Made by a program: the position numbers and the translations under genes. Positions 47,915 to 57,706 of a stretch of 64,000 nucleotides of DNA are shown piece after piece (position 1 is the stretch's first letter; every line of letters starts with the position of its first letter). Under the pieces are notes generated by a model. That model saw only the letters and a list, made by a program, of their open reading frames with translations, was not told the DNA's origin and made no database searches. Origin of the DNA: Candidatus Peregrinibacteria bacterium (GTDB lineage Bacteria; Patescibacteriota; Gracilibacteria; CAIRYL01; GCA-016699755); assembly GCA_024762935.1 (NCBI GenBank), contig JANTGK010000002.1, positions 1,320 through 65,319 of the forward strand. The letters are read 5' to 3'.

Positions 47915-49198
47915 TTAGAGATCCAAAAAAGAACCTTCCTCTCGAAGAGGCATCACAAAAGGTGCTTCGGTGTTACACCCGAGAAGAGAAATTTCTTTGA
48001 GGGCTTTTTTAAAAATTTCCTGTGATACGGGAAAGGTTGTTACCATAAAATGTGCAGGGCTTTCTTGATGATCGATTTGGTGAACTGCATCAATAGAAAT
48101 GTTGTATTTTCCAAATATGGTCGCTATTTCACCGACAATACCAGGTCTATCATAAACAGAGAAACGGAGGTACCAAGATTGAGAAGCAGGGAGTATATTT
48201 TTTATTTCTTTTGTTTCTGGGGAAAGTGGAACCCCTCCGCGTGCGATAAGGACAATATCAGAAATAATAGCAGCAGCAGTAGGAAATCTTCCAGCTCCCT
48301 CTCCACTTAAAAAGTTTCCGACAGTGTTGTATTTTCCGATAAAATTCACCGCATTAATGACACCGTCGGTTTTGGCAATTCGAGATTCAATGGGGAAAAG
48401 TACAGGACATACTCGCGCAAAAACTTGATTGTCAATTTTTTTGGCTGAAGCAACAAGCTTTATTTTTTTCCCAAGTGTTTTGGCATATTTAAAATCTGCT
48501 TGCCGTAAAGAAGTAATTCCTTGTGTTGGTATTTTTTTTGGTGAGATATGTACACCAAGCGTAAGAGCTACAAGAATTGAGAGTTTATAGGCAGCATCAA
48601 AACCCTCGACGTCATCTGTAGGGTCCGCCTCAGCGTATCCAAGTTCTTGGGCCTGTACGAGGACATCATTAAATTCAGCATTTGTTTCCTCCATTTTTGT
48701 AAGAATGAAGTTTGTTGTACCATTTAAGATGCCTTCTACCTCTGTAATAGAATCTCCTGCAAGGCCACTTTGAGCTACTTGGAGCATGGGAATGCCTCCT
48801 CCTACAGCCGCTTCATATAAAAGAAAGACTCCATTTTTTTTCGCGAGATTATGAAGCTGGGTAAAATGTCGAGCAATCATTTTTTTGTTTGCTGTAACGA
48901 CATGTTTTTTTTGTTGAAGGGCCTTTTTTACGAGGTCCAGTGCAACGGTATCTCCTCCAATCGTCTCACAGATAATTGATATTTCTGGATCAGAGAGAAT
49001 ATCATCAGCATCACGAAAAAGTTCAGGATGACTCTTGTATATCTGAGCATCTTCTTGAGGTTTTGGTGTACAGATGGCGCTGAGGGTAATATTTTTTCCT
49101 GTTTTTCGAGAGAGCGAGTGAGTATCATCGAGGAGTATTCGAGAGACTCCTCCACCAATGTTCCCGTGCCCAAAGATGGCAATCTTTATGTTCCCCAT
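47915..49198 (-). CDS. hom: Homoserine dehydrogenase with a C-terminal ACT domain
   Basis: IAIFGHGNIGGG NAD(P) site, a central catalytic domain (LLYEAAVGGGIP; DVEGFDAAYKL), and an ACT-like tail. Confidence 0.85.
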   Translation of the reverse strand: MGNIKIAIFGHGNIGGGVSRILLDDTHSLSRKTGKNITLSAICTPKPQEDAQIYKSHPELFRDADDILSDPEISIICETIGGDTVALDLVKKALQQKKHVVTANKKMIARHFTQLHNLAKKNGVFLLYEAAVGGGIPMLQVAQSGLAGDSITEVEGILNGTTNFILTKMEETNAEFNDVLVQAQELGYAEADPTDDVEGFDAAYKLSILVALTLGVHISPKKIPTQGITSLRQADFKYAKTLGKKIKLVASAKKIDNQVFARVCPVLFPIESRIAKTDGVINAVNFIGKYNTVGNFLSGEGAGRFPTAAAIISDIVLIARGGVPLSPETKEIKNILPASQSWYLRFSVYDRPGIVGEIATIFGKYNISIDAVHQIDHQESPAHFMVTTFPVSQEIFKKALKEISLLGCNTEAPFVMPLREEGSFLDL

Positions 49199-49200
49199 GA

Positions 49201-49971
49201 TTAGATATCAATGCGGACGAATGACTCAATTTCAGCACCTGCCTGAGAGAGAAGTTGTTCGATAGTTACCTCCGGATTTTTGACAAAATCTTGTTTTAAG
49301 AGAGCCCCCTCCTCTCGGAATTTTTTTTCTTTCCCCATCATGATTTTATCAATAATCTGTTCCGGCTTTCCTTCATTTTTAAGTTGTTGAGCCCATATTT
49401 CCTTTTCTTTTGCTACGAGTTCATCACTAATATCTTCAGGAGCAATGACTTGCGGTGCATTTGCAGCAACGTGCATAGCAATATCTCGTGCAAGTTCTTC
49501 TGATCCACCAGTAAGAGCAACAATACTGACGATTTTATTATTCGAATGAATATATGATCCCACTTGGTCACCACCGCTGATAAGCTTTCCTTCTCCAAAT
49601 GAAATATTTTCACCAAGCTGTGTAATGAGCTCTGTCTTTTTTGCTTCAAATAAATCTTGTGCAGCTTCTTCTCCATTTTTGTTAATTTCTTCCGCAAGTT
49701 CTTGGAGGATTTTCAAAAAATCCTCATTTCGTGCAACAAAATCAGTCTCACATTTCAGAGAAACAGCTCCCCTTCCAGAAGCAGCTACTGCTCCTTCACT
49801 TGTTGTTCGGTCTGATTTTTTCCCCGCCTTTGCTGCTCCAGATTTTCGGAGAATATCAACAGCTTTTTCCATATCTCCTTCTGCTTCGACAAGGGCCTTT
49901 TTACAAGCCATCATAGAAATCCCCATTTTATTTCTGAGGTCCATAACCATTTTTGCTGAAATATCTGCCAT
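49201..49971 (-). CDS. tsf: Elongation factor Ts
   Basis: The N-terminal UBA-like motif M..CKKAL.EAEGDMEKA.D.LRK.G is diagnostic. Confidence 0.9.
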   Translation of the reverse strand: MADISAKMVMDLRNKMGISMMACKKALVEAEGDMEKAVDILRKSGAAKAGKKSDRTTSEGAVAASGRGAVSLKCETDFVARNEDFLKILQELAEEINKNGEEAAQDLFEAKKTELITQLGENISFGEGKLISGGDQVGSYIHSNNKIVSIVALTGGSEELARDIAMHVAANAPQVIAPEDISDELVAKEKEIWAQQLKNEGKPEQIIDKIMMGKEKKFREEGALLKQDFVKNPEVTIEQLLSQAGAEIESFVRIDI

Positions 49972-49991
49972 AGTGAGTAAAAAATAAAAAT

Positions 49992-50660
49992 TTAAAAAAG
50001 TTTTCTGAGTTTTTCAGAGATGACATACACAAAGGGGATTCGAAACCATTTTCCCTGATATGCCATAAGCATGAAAGCGAGGTATAAAATGATGGTGAGG
50101 GTCGTAAAAAGATTTGCAATGACCCTGAGCCCTATTCCATGAAGAGTACTCACAATGAGGCCATTAAAAGTCATTATCATTGCTGTGAGAACAATTCCCT
50201 GCCATGCATGATATTGAATGTAGGTAGAGTCTCTTTTCAGAAGAAGGGGAATAATGGCAAAAAGGTAGAAATAACAGGTGGCACCAACAACGCGCTCTTC
50301 CTCGCTGGGCATCTTCATTCCTGGCAATGGTGGCTGAGGAGTCATTATCCCTTTCATAAAATGACTCAAGCGAGATTGAGCATTTTTCTGTTCTTTCTTT
50401 TTTGATTGAGTAGCATCAGGCGCTGTTTCTGGAGTTACTGTTTGGGGAGCATGGTCATGGATTTCAATACCTTGCTTTTCCATTATTTTTTCAAGGAGAG
50501 TACGAGCTTCTTGTTTTTCGGGGAAATAACGAAGAATCTCTTCACACCCTTTTTGAGCTTCTCCATATTTCTTTTCTTGGCTCCATTTTAATACATAGTC
50601 CCACGCTTTTGCAGCACTCATTCCATTTTCTGCCTCAAATTTCTTCTCAGCATCATTCAT
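49992..50660 (-). CDS. Membrane protein: helical (TPR-like) N-terminus + DUF4870-like 3-TM domain, inserted between rpsB and tsf
   Basis: CYFYLFAIIPLLLKRDSTYIQYHAWQGIVLT resembles the DUF4870 signature. Its ATG overlaps the rpsB stop by 1 nt (TAATG). Confidence 0.5.
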   Translation of the reverse strand: MNDAEKKFEAENGMSAAKAWDYVLKWSQEKKYGEAQKGCEEILRYFPEKQEARTLLEKIMEKQGIEIHDHAPQTVTPETAPDATQSKKKEQKNAQSRLSHFMKGIMTPQPPLPGMKMPSEEERVVGATCYFYLFAIIPLLLKRDSTYIQYHAWQGIVLTAMIMTFNGLIVSTLHGIGLRVIANLFTTLTIILYLAFMLMAYQGKWFRIPFVYVISEKLRKLF

Positions 50661-51352
50661 TATTTATGACCTCCTTTAGGTGCTTTTTTCAGGACATCAA
50701 AGACCTTTCCCATGATGAAGCTCAGAGCGGTAACGGCATCATCATTTGATGGAATAAAATCTGTGTAGTCTGCTGGGTTTACATTACTATCAGCAATTCC
50801 ATAGACAGGAATATGAAGTCGCTTCGCTTCACGAATGGCAATAGCATCTCGGGATCCATCAACTATAAAAAGTGCATCAGGAACCTTATACATATCTACA
50901 ATTCCTGCAAAAGCAGATTCAAGCTTCTCCATTTCTTTTTTCATTTGTGATTGTTCTTTTTTTGGAAATTTCTCGATATCTCCTGTTTTAATCATCTCTC
51001 GGATATCCTTTAGCCGGCGAATACGTGGTTTTATGGTTTCAAAATTTGTGAGGAGCCCACCAACCCATTTATTGACGATGACCGGGTGTCCAGTTTTTTT
51101 ATGAAGTTCTGTAAGAATAACTTTTGTCTGAGGTTTTGTAGAGACAAAAAGAATAGTTTTTCCTTCAGCAGAAAGATCAGAGATGGTTTTGAGGAGATGA
51201 TCAAGAGCCTCAGCAGTTTTTTCGAGGTCAAAAATATGAACTCCACCCTTTTTTCCCCAAAGGTATGGTGCCATTTTTGGATTCCATCGGTTCACTTTGT
51301 GACCGAAATGGCAGGCATTTTCCGCGAGTTCGCGAACAGTAGCAGTTGTCAT
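50660..51352 (-). CDS. rpsB: 30S ribosomal protein S2
   Basis: HFGH...RWNPKM..Y......G.HI.DL..T and P.A.F..D......AI.EA..L.IPV motifs. Confidence 0.95.
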   Translation of the reverse strand: MTTATVRELAENACHFGHKVNRWNPKMAPYLWGKKGGVHIFDLEKTAEALDHLLKTISDLSAEGKTILFVSTKPQTKVILTELHKKTGHPVIVNKWVGGLLTNFETIKPRIRRLKDIREMIKTGDIEKFPKKEQSQMKKEMEKLESAFAGIVDMYKVPDALFIVDGSRDAIAIREAKRLHIPVYGIADSNVNPADYTDFIPSNDDAVTALSFIMGKVFDVLKKAPKGGHK

Positions 51353-51613
51353 GATGTATAAAAAATCCTTAAAGCGCAGCCAAGGTTTGAGGTGTATCCC
51401 TGTAAAAAGCAGAAGCTTGTAAGGGGCAGGATTTTTTCAATCCAAGGCGGTTTTGCTGGCACAGTGTACCAGTTTATGGTCGGAGTGCAAGGGAAAATAT
51501 CTTTTTTGGGTATAGTTATCAATAATCAAGGAGTGACTTTGCTGATAAAAAAAGAAGTCTTCTCCAAAAAGAGTCTTCCCAATAATTGTGACTATTTTAT
51601 GAATTTTGTTGCC

Positions 51614-51976
51614 TCATTTTCCCTCGATTGCTCCAACAATATGTTCTATTTTTGGGCCTGGATACGTAACACCGATGACATCAATCCGAAAATCCCGATA
51701 CTGCCAGCCATGCATTTTTAAGTAAATGTATGATGTTACTGTCAGGCGTTTTGTTTTTTGTGGTGAAATGGCTTCAATCGCTGAGCCAAAAGCATTCGAA
51801 CGTCTTGTTTTTACTTCGATAAAGACAATCTCTTTTTCTGGTGATTGTGCGATAATATCTATTTCTCCTTGGTGAACGAGAAAGTTTCTCTCGAGTATTT
51901 TGTATTTCTTCTTTCGTAAAAACTCTTCAGCAGCATCTTCTCCCTCGTCGCCAAAACTCCGCTTTTCAGTAGGCAT
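51614..51976 (-). CDS. yraN: YraN-family (UPF0102) endonuclease-like protein
   Basis: GE.AA..FL...Y.IL.RN.....GEIDII......IVFIEVK.R pattern. I prefer the ATG at 51976, which overlaps the upstream stop as TAATG. The track ORF extends to 52120. Confidence 0.75.
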   Translation of the reverse strand: MPTEKRSFGDEGEDAAEEFLRKKKYKILERNFLVHQGEIDIIAQSPEKEIVFIEVKTRRSNAFGSAIEAISPQKTKRLTVTSYIYLKMHGWQYRDFRIDVIGVTYPGPKIEHIVGAIEGK

Positions 51977-52236
51977 TATGAAATAATTTTTAGAAGTTTT
52001 GTCCGATGCGTTTTTCCAGAAATAACCTCGATATGCAATGAGAGTTCTTTTTTGAAAAATTTTACGAGCTCGGCATTTGCTTTTCCCTTTTCTGGGGGAG
52101 CGGCAACGCGTATTTTCCATGTTTGGTTGTCATTCATAAGGGAGATGATTTCTGTTTTTGCTGATCCGGGAATAATACGCACATGGAGAGAATGTTCGGA
52201 CGAAAAAATTTTTTGATAATCTGGTGCATCATCCAT
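51976..52236 (-). CDS. DUF167 (YggU-like) protein
   Basis: L.VR..PGS.K.EI.......KI.V.APPEKGKAN..L..F......I...I.SG......K pattern, 86 aa. Confidence 0.7.
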   Translation of the reverse strand: MDDAPDYQKIFSSEHSLHVRIIPGSAKTEIISLMNDNQTWKIRVAAPPEKGKANAELVKFFKKELSLHIEVISGKTHRTKLLKIIS

Positions 52237-53182
52237 CCTGTCTGAGAAACATCACAATGGCACGACACATCGTTGCGCGAGATATTACTTTTTTTGGAAG
52301 AAAAACATTATGCACGAGAGAGAACATATCTCTCCTTTTTGCCTCATGTGCATATTTACAAAACCATGCATCAGTGGGGACATCAGCAAACTCAGATTCA
52401 GATACCTCTGGAATGTCTCCATTTCCTGCTTCACAGATAACTTTACTGATTTCTGCACGAGTAATAACGGCATTGGGGCGAAATGTTCCGTCGGGATATC
52501 CATTAATAATGCCTAAATTTTTAGCCGTTTCTACAATACTTGTGTACCACGCCGGTGGTCGTACATCAGAAAAGTGCAGCTCACCAGCTTCTTGAATGGG
52601 CAGCGCAAATGAAAGGAGGATAATCTTTAGGGCTTCTGCACGAGTGACATTCTGGTCTGGTCGAAAAAGATTCCCCGGATACCCCTTAATGACCCCTTTT
52701 TCTTTGAGCTCTGTAATAAATTCATAGTATGGATGTGATGGAGGCACATCAGCAAAATCTGTTGATTGGTTTTCTCCGGTGATATCTAATGCTCCATTAG
52801 GGGTAAAAATTCGACGAACCCCCCATATTTTATCCGACCAGTAGTCAGATGAATAGGGTTCTTCTTTTACAGTGTTGTAGTAGCCATTCGCATTAATCAT
52901 CTTTTTTTCTTCTGTGCAAACCCCATTATGATTTGGTTTTCTGTCAATCCATCCGGTATCAAAAAAGATAAGGTCACCTTCTCCTGCCTCTTGAATATCA
53001 ATAGCTTTTCCTAATGAGAATTGGTCCGTCGATATCCGAGGAATTTCTGTATCAGTGAGTTCCATCAGTCCTGCAAAAATAAGTCCAGAACAATCAAAGG
53101 CATTTGGACCTGCTTGACCTAGTGCGTAAGGTTTACCGATTTGAGTGCGGCAAAAAGTAAGAAATTGATCTCGATCAGTCAT
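52229..53182 (-). CDS. NlpC/P60 cell-wall endopeptidase with a C-terminal SLH triad
   Basis: GKPYALGQAGPNAFDCSGLI catalytic-Cys motif. Three SLH repeats follow (VTRAEALKIIL; GYPDGTFRPNAVITRAEISKVI; ISRATMCRAIV). Confidence 0.75.
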   Translation of the reverse strand: MTDRDQFLTFCRTQIGKPYALGQAGPNAFDCSGLIFAGLMELTDTEIPRISTDQFSLGKAIDIQEAGEGDLIFFDTGWIDRKPNHNGVCTEEKKMINANGYYNTVKEEPYSSDYWSDKIWGVRRIFTPNGALDITGENQSTDFADVPPSHPYYEFITELKEKGVIKGYPGNLFRPDQNVTRAEALKIILLSFALPIQEAGELHFSDVRPPAWYTSIVETAKNLGIINGYPDGTFRPNAVITRAEISKVICEAGNGDIPEVSESEFADVPTDAWFCKYAHEAKRRDMFSLVHNVFLPKKVISRATMCRAIVMFLRQDG

Positions 53183-54417
53183 GTGTTGCGAGAGAGAAAC
53201 TCTTCTCTGAGTATCTCATAAAAGAAAACATCATGAAAGATGCCATCCTTTTCATACTTCCCTTTTTGTTCCCCCGTTCGATGCATACCCACTTTTTCAT
53301 AACATTTTTGGGCAGCAATGTTTTTAGAAAAGACCTCTAAGCGAATCCGAGAAATATTTAATTCTTGAAAGATGATTACAAACATTTCTCGCGTGGATTC
53401 ATGGCAAATACCAGTATTCCAATACTGTTTTTCCCCAATAACAATGCCAAATTCAGCAAAATTCGGCATATTCGGATCTATTTCGACAGACATATTGCCA
53501 ATCGCCTTCTGGGTTTTTTTGTCACATATGCTTACCGAAAGTTTAAAGAGATTTTGCTGAGAAGATACAAAATACTCTTCCTCATCTTCCCGTGTTAGCG
53601 GTGGGGAAAGTTGGAGGTATTGCATGACTTCTCTATCATTAAACCATGAGACCCATGCATCAATATCTTCTCGGATATGATTTCGAAGAAGAAGATTTTG
53701 AGTTTTTCGAGGGAGGACTTTTCGTCGAAGAAATAGAATTTTTTCTTCTGTCTCTGTAAGCCCTGGAAGGTGAGAAAGTTGCCAGTCTTTAATCTGAGCA
53801 TGATTTCCAGACAGGAGAACACGAGGGACAGCAAGGCCTTCCCATACCTCTGGCCTGGTAAACTGGGGAAACTCTGCAGAACGAAAGATATCTGTAGAAA
53901 AACTCTCTGTGACGACAGACTCTTGTTTTCCAACAACTCCGGGAACAAGTCGAGAAACAGTATCAACAACTGCAGCTGCTGCGATTTCCCCTCCAGAGAG
54001 GACATATTCCCCAATAGAAATTTCCTCATCAATCATCATGGCACGAATTCGTTGGTCGACTCCTTCATATCTGCCGCACAGGAGGATGAGGTCATCTTGA
54101 GCATTGGCAAGATTTTCCGCTTTTTCTTGTGTGAGGAGTTCTCCTCCAGGGGAGAGATATATTACTTTTGCATGTGGTTTTTTTTCTTTTGCAGCACGGA
54201 TTGCAGCTGCAACAGGTTCAGGTTTTAGAAGCATTCCTGCTCCTCCACCAAATATGCTGTCATCTACTTTTTTGTGTTTATTGGTTGAATAATCACGAAT
54301 GTCGATGGTTTCAATAGAGATGGCACCAGACTCTTGTCCGCGTTTGAGAATGGATTCATTCACAAATCCACGAAACATATCCGGAAAAAGAGTAAGTATT
54401 TGAAAATTCATATACAA
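53179..54417 (-). CDS. trmD: tRNA (m1G37) methyltransferase TrmD fused to a C-terminal RimJ/RimL-like GNAT acetyltransferase domain
   Basis: Residues 1 to ~235 contain ILTLFPDMF, DD..FGGGAGM and LLSGNHA..IKDW. The last ~170 aa have a GNAT pattern (L..REDID....WFND.EV..YL...; RI.LEVFS.N..A...YEK.G). Confidence 0.8.
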   Translation of the reverse strand: MYMNFQILTLFPDMFRGFVNESILKRGQESGAISIETIDIRDYSTNKHKKVDDSIFGGGAGMLLKPEPVAAAIRAAKEKKPHAKVIYLSPGGELLTQEKAENLANAQDDLILLCGRYEGVDQRIRAMMIDEEISIGEYVLSGGEIAAAAVVDTVSRLVPGVVGKQESVVTESFSTDIFRSAEFPQFTRPEVWEGLAVPRVLLSGNHAQIKDWQLSHLPGLTETEEKILFLRRKVLPRKTQNLLLRNHIREDIDAWVSWFNDREVMQYLQLSPPLTREDEEEYFVSSQQNLFKLSVSICDKKTQKAIGNMSVEIDPNMPNFAEFGIVIGEKQYWNTGICHESTREMFVIIFQELNISRIRLEVFSKNIAAQKCYEKVGMHRTGEQKGKYEKDGIFHDVFFYEILREEFLSRNT

Positions 54418-54590
54418 GGAGTGTTTGTAAAAAACTCTTTAAAAAGAGGGTTTCTACACTTTTACATCTTCTTCAAAAAATGAAAACATGAAATACTGTG
54501 AGTATGTGTGGATTGTTCCTGTTTTAATAAATGGTTTTTGGTGAAGGGAACAAAGTATTTCATATGGCGGAGAGCTTGCCCTGCATTATA

Positions 54591-54620
54591 AAAAAAGACC
54601 CCGTCAGGAGGTCTTTTTTT
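54591..54620 (-). terminator. Intrinsic (bidirectional-looking) terminator after rpsA
   Basis: AAAAAAAGACC-CCGTCAGGA-GGTCTTTTTTT. The hairpin is flanked by an A-run and a T-run. Confidence 0.6.
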
Positions 54621-54640
54621 GAGAAGAGGGATTTCCCTTT

Positions 54641-55762
54641 TTACTCTGCCTTTGCTTCTTCTTTTGCTTCTTCTTTTTCCTCCTTCTTATCCTTTTTTTC
54701 TTCTTTTAGCTTCATAGAAAGCTTTAGGTTGTGATCTTCTTCATTTACTCCTAAAACTTTTACGGTGACCTCATCTCTCACTCTGGCTACTTCATCAGCA
54801 CGGAGTTCTGGGTCTTCAAATTCTGAAGTATGAACGAGCCCATTAAGGTTTCCATCGATGGTAACAAAGAGCCCAAAGTTTGTTACTTTATTGACGGTTC
54901 CTTTTGTAATGGTTCCAGGAGTATATTTCTTAATGAGGTCTGTCCATGGGTCTTTTTGGAGACGTTTGATGGAAAGTGATATTTTATCCCCATCAATACC
55001 AATAATTTGGGCCTGAACCTTGTCACCGATCTTATAGATTTCGTAATGATTTTTTACGTGTTCCCAACTCAGTTCTGAAGTGTGGATGAGCCCTTCTAGG
55101 TTTCCAAAAGTAATAAATACTCCAAATTTTACAACTCCGTTTACTTCTCCATCGACAACATCTCCTACTTTTAGTTTTTTGATTTCACTTGTTCTTAGGT
55201 CAGACATAGCCTCTCTTTCAGAAACGATGATTTTATCATTTCGGAGAAATGTGATGACAGAAACGGTAAATTTTTGACCGATGTAGTCATTGAGTCGATC
55301 GATAATTGCCTGAGCATTGGCTCCATCGACACGGGGATAGTTTTGTGGTGAGAGCTGTGAAACGGGCAAAAACGCATGAACTCCATTTGCGTCACAAATA
55401 AGTCCTCCCTTGTTTGCTTCTTTTGCAACCACGGTAATAGTCTCACCAGTATCAAGACATTTTTCAAAGAAGTCCCAGTTTTTCATCTGGCTTGCTTTTC
55501 TCAAGGAGAGAACCATCATGCCCTCTTCATTTTCATCATCAAGCACAAAGGCTGAGACCTCATCACCGATATCTAATCCTTTTGCAGTGTCAAAACCATC
55601 CTGGAGTTCTCGTCCGGCAATAATACCGACTGCAACACCACCAACAGAGGCAAGAATATATCCCGGCTCTTTTGCCACAACAATCCCAGTGACAACATCA
55701 CCGAGTTCAGGCATAGAAAAATCAAGTTCACTCAGTAGCGAATCCATTGTAGAAGTACTCAT
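54641..55762 (-). CDS. rpsA: 30S ribosomal protein S1 (four S1 domains)
   Basis: Four repeats of the S1 OB pattern (G..V.G.V......G.FV......GL.H.SE) and a Lys/Glu-rich C-terminal tail. Confidence 0.85.
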   Translation of the reverse strand: MSTSTMDSLLSELDFSMPELGDVVTGIVVAKEPGYILASVGGVAVGIIAGRELQDGFDTAKGLDIGDEVSAFVLDDENEEGMMVLSLRKASQMKNWDFFEKCLDTGETITVVAKEANKGGLICDANGVHAFLPVSQLSPQNYPRVDGANAQAIIDRLNDYIGQKFTVSVITFLRNDKIIVSEREAMSDLRTSEIKKLKVGDVVDGEVNGVVKFGVFITFGNLEGLIHTSELSWEHVKNHYEIYKIGDKVQAQIIGIDGDKISLSIKRLQKDPWTDLIKKYTPGTITKGTVNKVTNFGLFVTIDGNLNGLVHTSEFEDPELRADEVARVRDEVTVKVLGVNEEDHNLKLSMKLKEEKKDKKEEKEEAKEEAKAE

Positions 55763-56015
55763 AGTATTTTTGGCGACTTTTGCTAAAAAAATGCAAATGG
55801 GAGTAGTTTAGTTCGCATTGTTCGAAAGTCGCTTTGAAAGAACAATACGCAAAATACAACCACCACATACTTATGAAATAATAAAAAAAAGTCAAATGAA
55901 AATGTATTTTTATAATCGAAAAATGTCCGAGAAATGTCTACAAATTTGTAGATTTTTCATCTTCCCTTATCGTTTTACGGACTTTCCTCTATTATAGTCA
56001 TAGTTTTATTCTTGT

Positions 56016-56780
56016 ATGAGCATTCCCATTCTTTCTTCAGAGGAAATCAAAAAGATGCGGTCAGCAGGGCGCATGGCAGCAAAAGTTCTCGATTTCATTA
56101 CACCATATGTTCAGGAAGGAGTATCGACTGAAAAACTTGATCTGCTCTGTCATACATTTATTCTTGATCATGGCTGCATTCCAGCTCCGCTGAACTATCA
56201 TGGATTTCCAAAAAGTATTTGCACGTCCATCAACAACGTTATTTGCCATGGAATTCCTTTTGAATACGACATCCTTGCGAATGGAGATATTATCAATATC
56301 GATATCACTGTCATAAAAGATGGGTATCACGGAGATACATCCCGTATGTTTTTGGTCGGAGAGGTCGATCCTGCTGCAAAATTACTCGTAGATCGCACCT
56401 ATAAAGCGATGATGAAAGGGGTTGAGGCGGTAAAACCAGGAGCAAATTTTAACGATATCGGAAAAGCAATTGAGAAATATATCTCTAAATTTGAGTATGG
56501 AATTGTCCAAGACTACACTGGTCATGGAATTGGAAAGGTATTTCATGCCGAACCTCCTGTTTTGCACTACGACAGGGGGTATCCTGCGGCGAGAATCGAA
56601 GAGGGAATGGCCTTTACTGTTGAGCCGATGATTAACGGGAGCCCAAATTACAAAACAGAACTCGATAAAAACGATGGGTGGACAGTTCGTACCACAGACG
56701 GAGCACTTTCAGCCCAATTTGAGCACACCATCTTGGTTACCCCTTCGGGGCATGAGATTCTTACACTTTCATTGCAGTAA
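56016..56780 (+). CDS. map: Methionine aminopeptidase type I
   Basis: CHGIP, DI.....GYHGD, TGHGIG and FT.EP...QFEHT metal-ligand motifs. Confidence 0.92.
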   Translation: MSIPILSSEEIKKMRSAGRMAAKVLDFITPYVQEGVSTEKLDLLCHTFILDHGCIPAPLNYHGFPKSICTSINNVICHGIPFEYDILANGDIINIDITVIKDGYHGDTSRMFLVGEVDPAAKLLVDRTYKAMMKGVEAVKPGANFNDIGKAIEKYISKFEYGIVQDYTGHGIGKVFHAEPPVLHYDRGYPAARIEEGMAFTVEPMINGSPNYKTELDKNDGWTVRTTDGALSAQFEHTILVTPSGHEILTLSLQ

Positions 56781-56881
56781 AAAGCCGTATCTTAAGATTG
56801 TCTGATTTTTTATCCTGAAAGCGTTTTGACTTGAGTTTTTCGTGAAAAAATGAGAGAATAAAGGGAAATAAACCGATTTTT

Positions 56882-57706
56882 ATGCCTTCCGAAAGTGAAA
56901 AAAAAGATATAGAACTCAATCGAGAAGTTGCTGCATTTTCATATTTTCTTATCTTCTCCCCTCTCCTCCTCTATACAAGGAGAGATTCTCCTTTTATACA
57001 ATTTCATGCACGACAGGCCGTTATTCTTTTTTTCTTTTTTATCATCCTTGTATTTTTAGGCAATCCGATTGCATACGGTAATTTTCTTATTGTTGGAGTC
57101 TGCCTAACAGGTATTATACAGGCGAATCAAGGGTATAAATGGAAGGTTCCTATTGTGGCAGATATGATTGAAGGTGGAGTGACACCGAGTTCTGTGTGGA
57201 AGGCTCTCGTTCACTATTTTGGTGTACTAAAAGCCGTATTTACCCATTCCACCCAAAAAAAAATGTTTTCTGCCCTTTCTGAGAATAAGAATAATGGAGG
57301 CAGGGAATTTCAAAAAATGGAAAAATTTATTACTGAGCAGCAGGGTCGGATTTCCTTTTTGGAAAAAGAACTTATTCAAAAGAGTGTCCTCAGGGGGCTA
57401 GAAAGCAAGTTTCTTTCCCCTGAAGCAAAAAAGAAAACAGGTGATTTTATTAAGGCCATTGCAGAAAAATTACCGAAGAGCAAAAAAACTGCAGATACTC
57501 ATTCGGTATGCTTTCGTGATGGTGATTTTGAAGTGATTATTGGTAAATATTCCGAAGAGTCTCTCGATGTATATTTCTCTGGTCGCCCAGAGAAAAATCT
57601 CATTCCTTTTGGTTCTTTTTCTGGAATGACTCTCTCGCTCGGAAACAAAAGAGATGAGGAGCGAGTTTTTGCCATTTTAAAAAAGGCAATGAGAAAGAGG
57701 GGCTAA
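56882..57706 (+). CDS. DUF4870-like membrane protein with an unknown cytoplasmic C-terminal domain
   Basis: AAFSYFLIFSPLLLYTRRDSPFIQFHARQAVILFFFF is paralogous to the motif in the 49992-50660 protein. Confidence 0.5.
   Translation: MPSESEKKDIELNREVAAFSYFLIFSPLLLYTRRDSPFIQFHARQAVILFFFFIILVFLGNPIAYGNFLIVGVCLTGIIQANQGYKWKVPIVADMIEGGVTPSSVWKALVHYFGVLKAVFTHSTQKKMFSALSENKNNGGREFQKMEKFITEQQGRISFLEKELIQKSVLRGLESKFLSPEAKKKTGDFIKAIAEKLPKSKKTADTHSVCFRDGDFEVIIGKYSEESLDVYFSGRPEKNLIPFGSFSGMTLSLGNKRDEERVFAILKKAMRKRG

Noticed and set aside
51392-51721. 109-aa plus-strand ORF in the rpsB leader, and a possible structured rpsB 5'-UTR RNA (51353-51613).
   Set aside because: The ORF overlaps the yraN 3' end and has no motifs. 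I could not fold or recognise a convincing conserved leader structure by eye, so no ncRNA is called.
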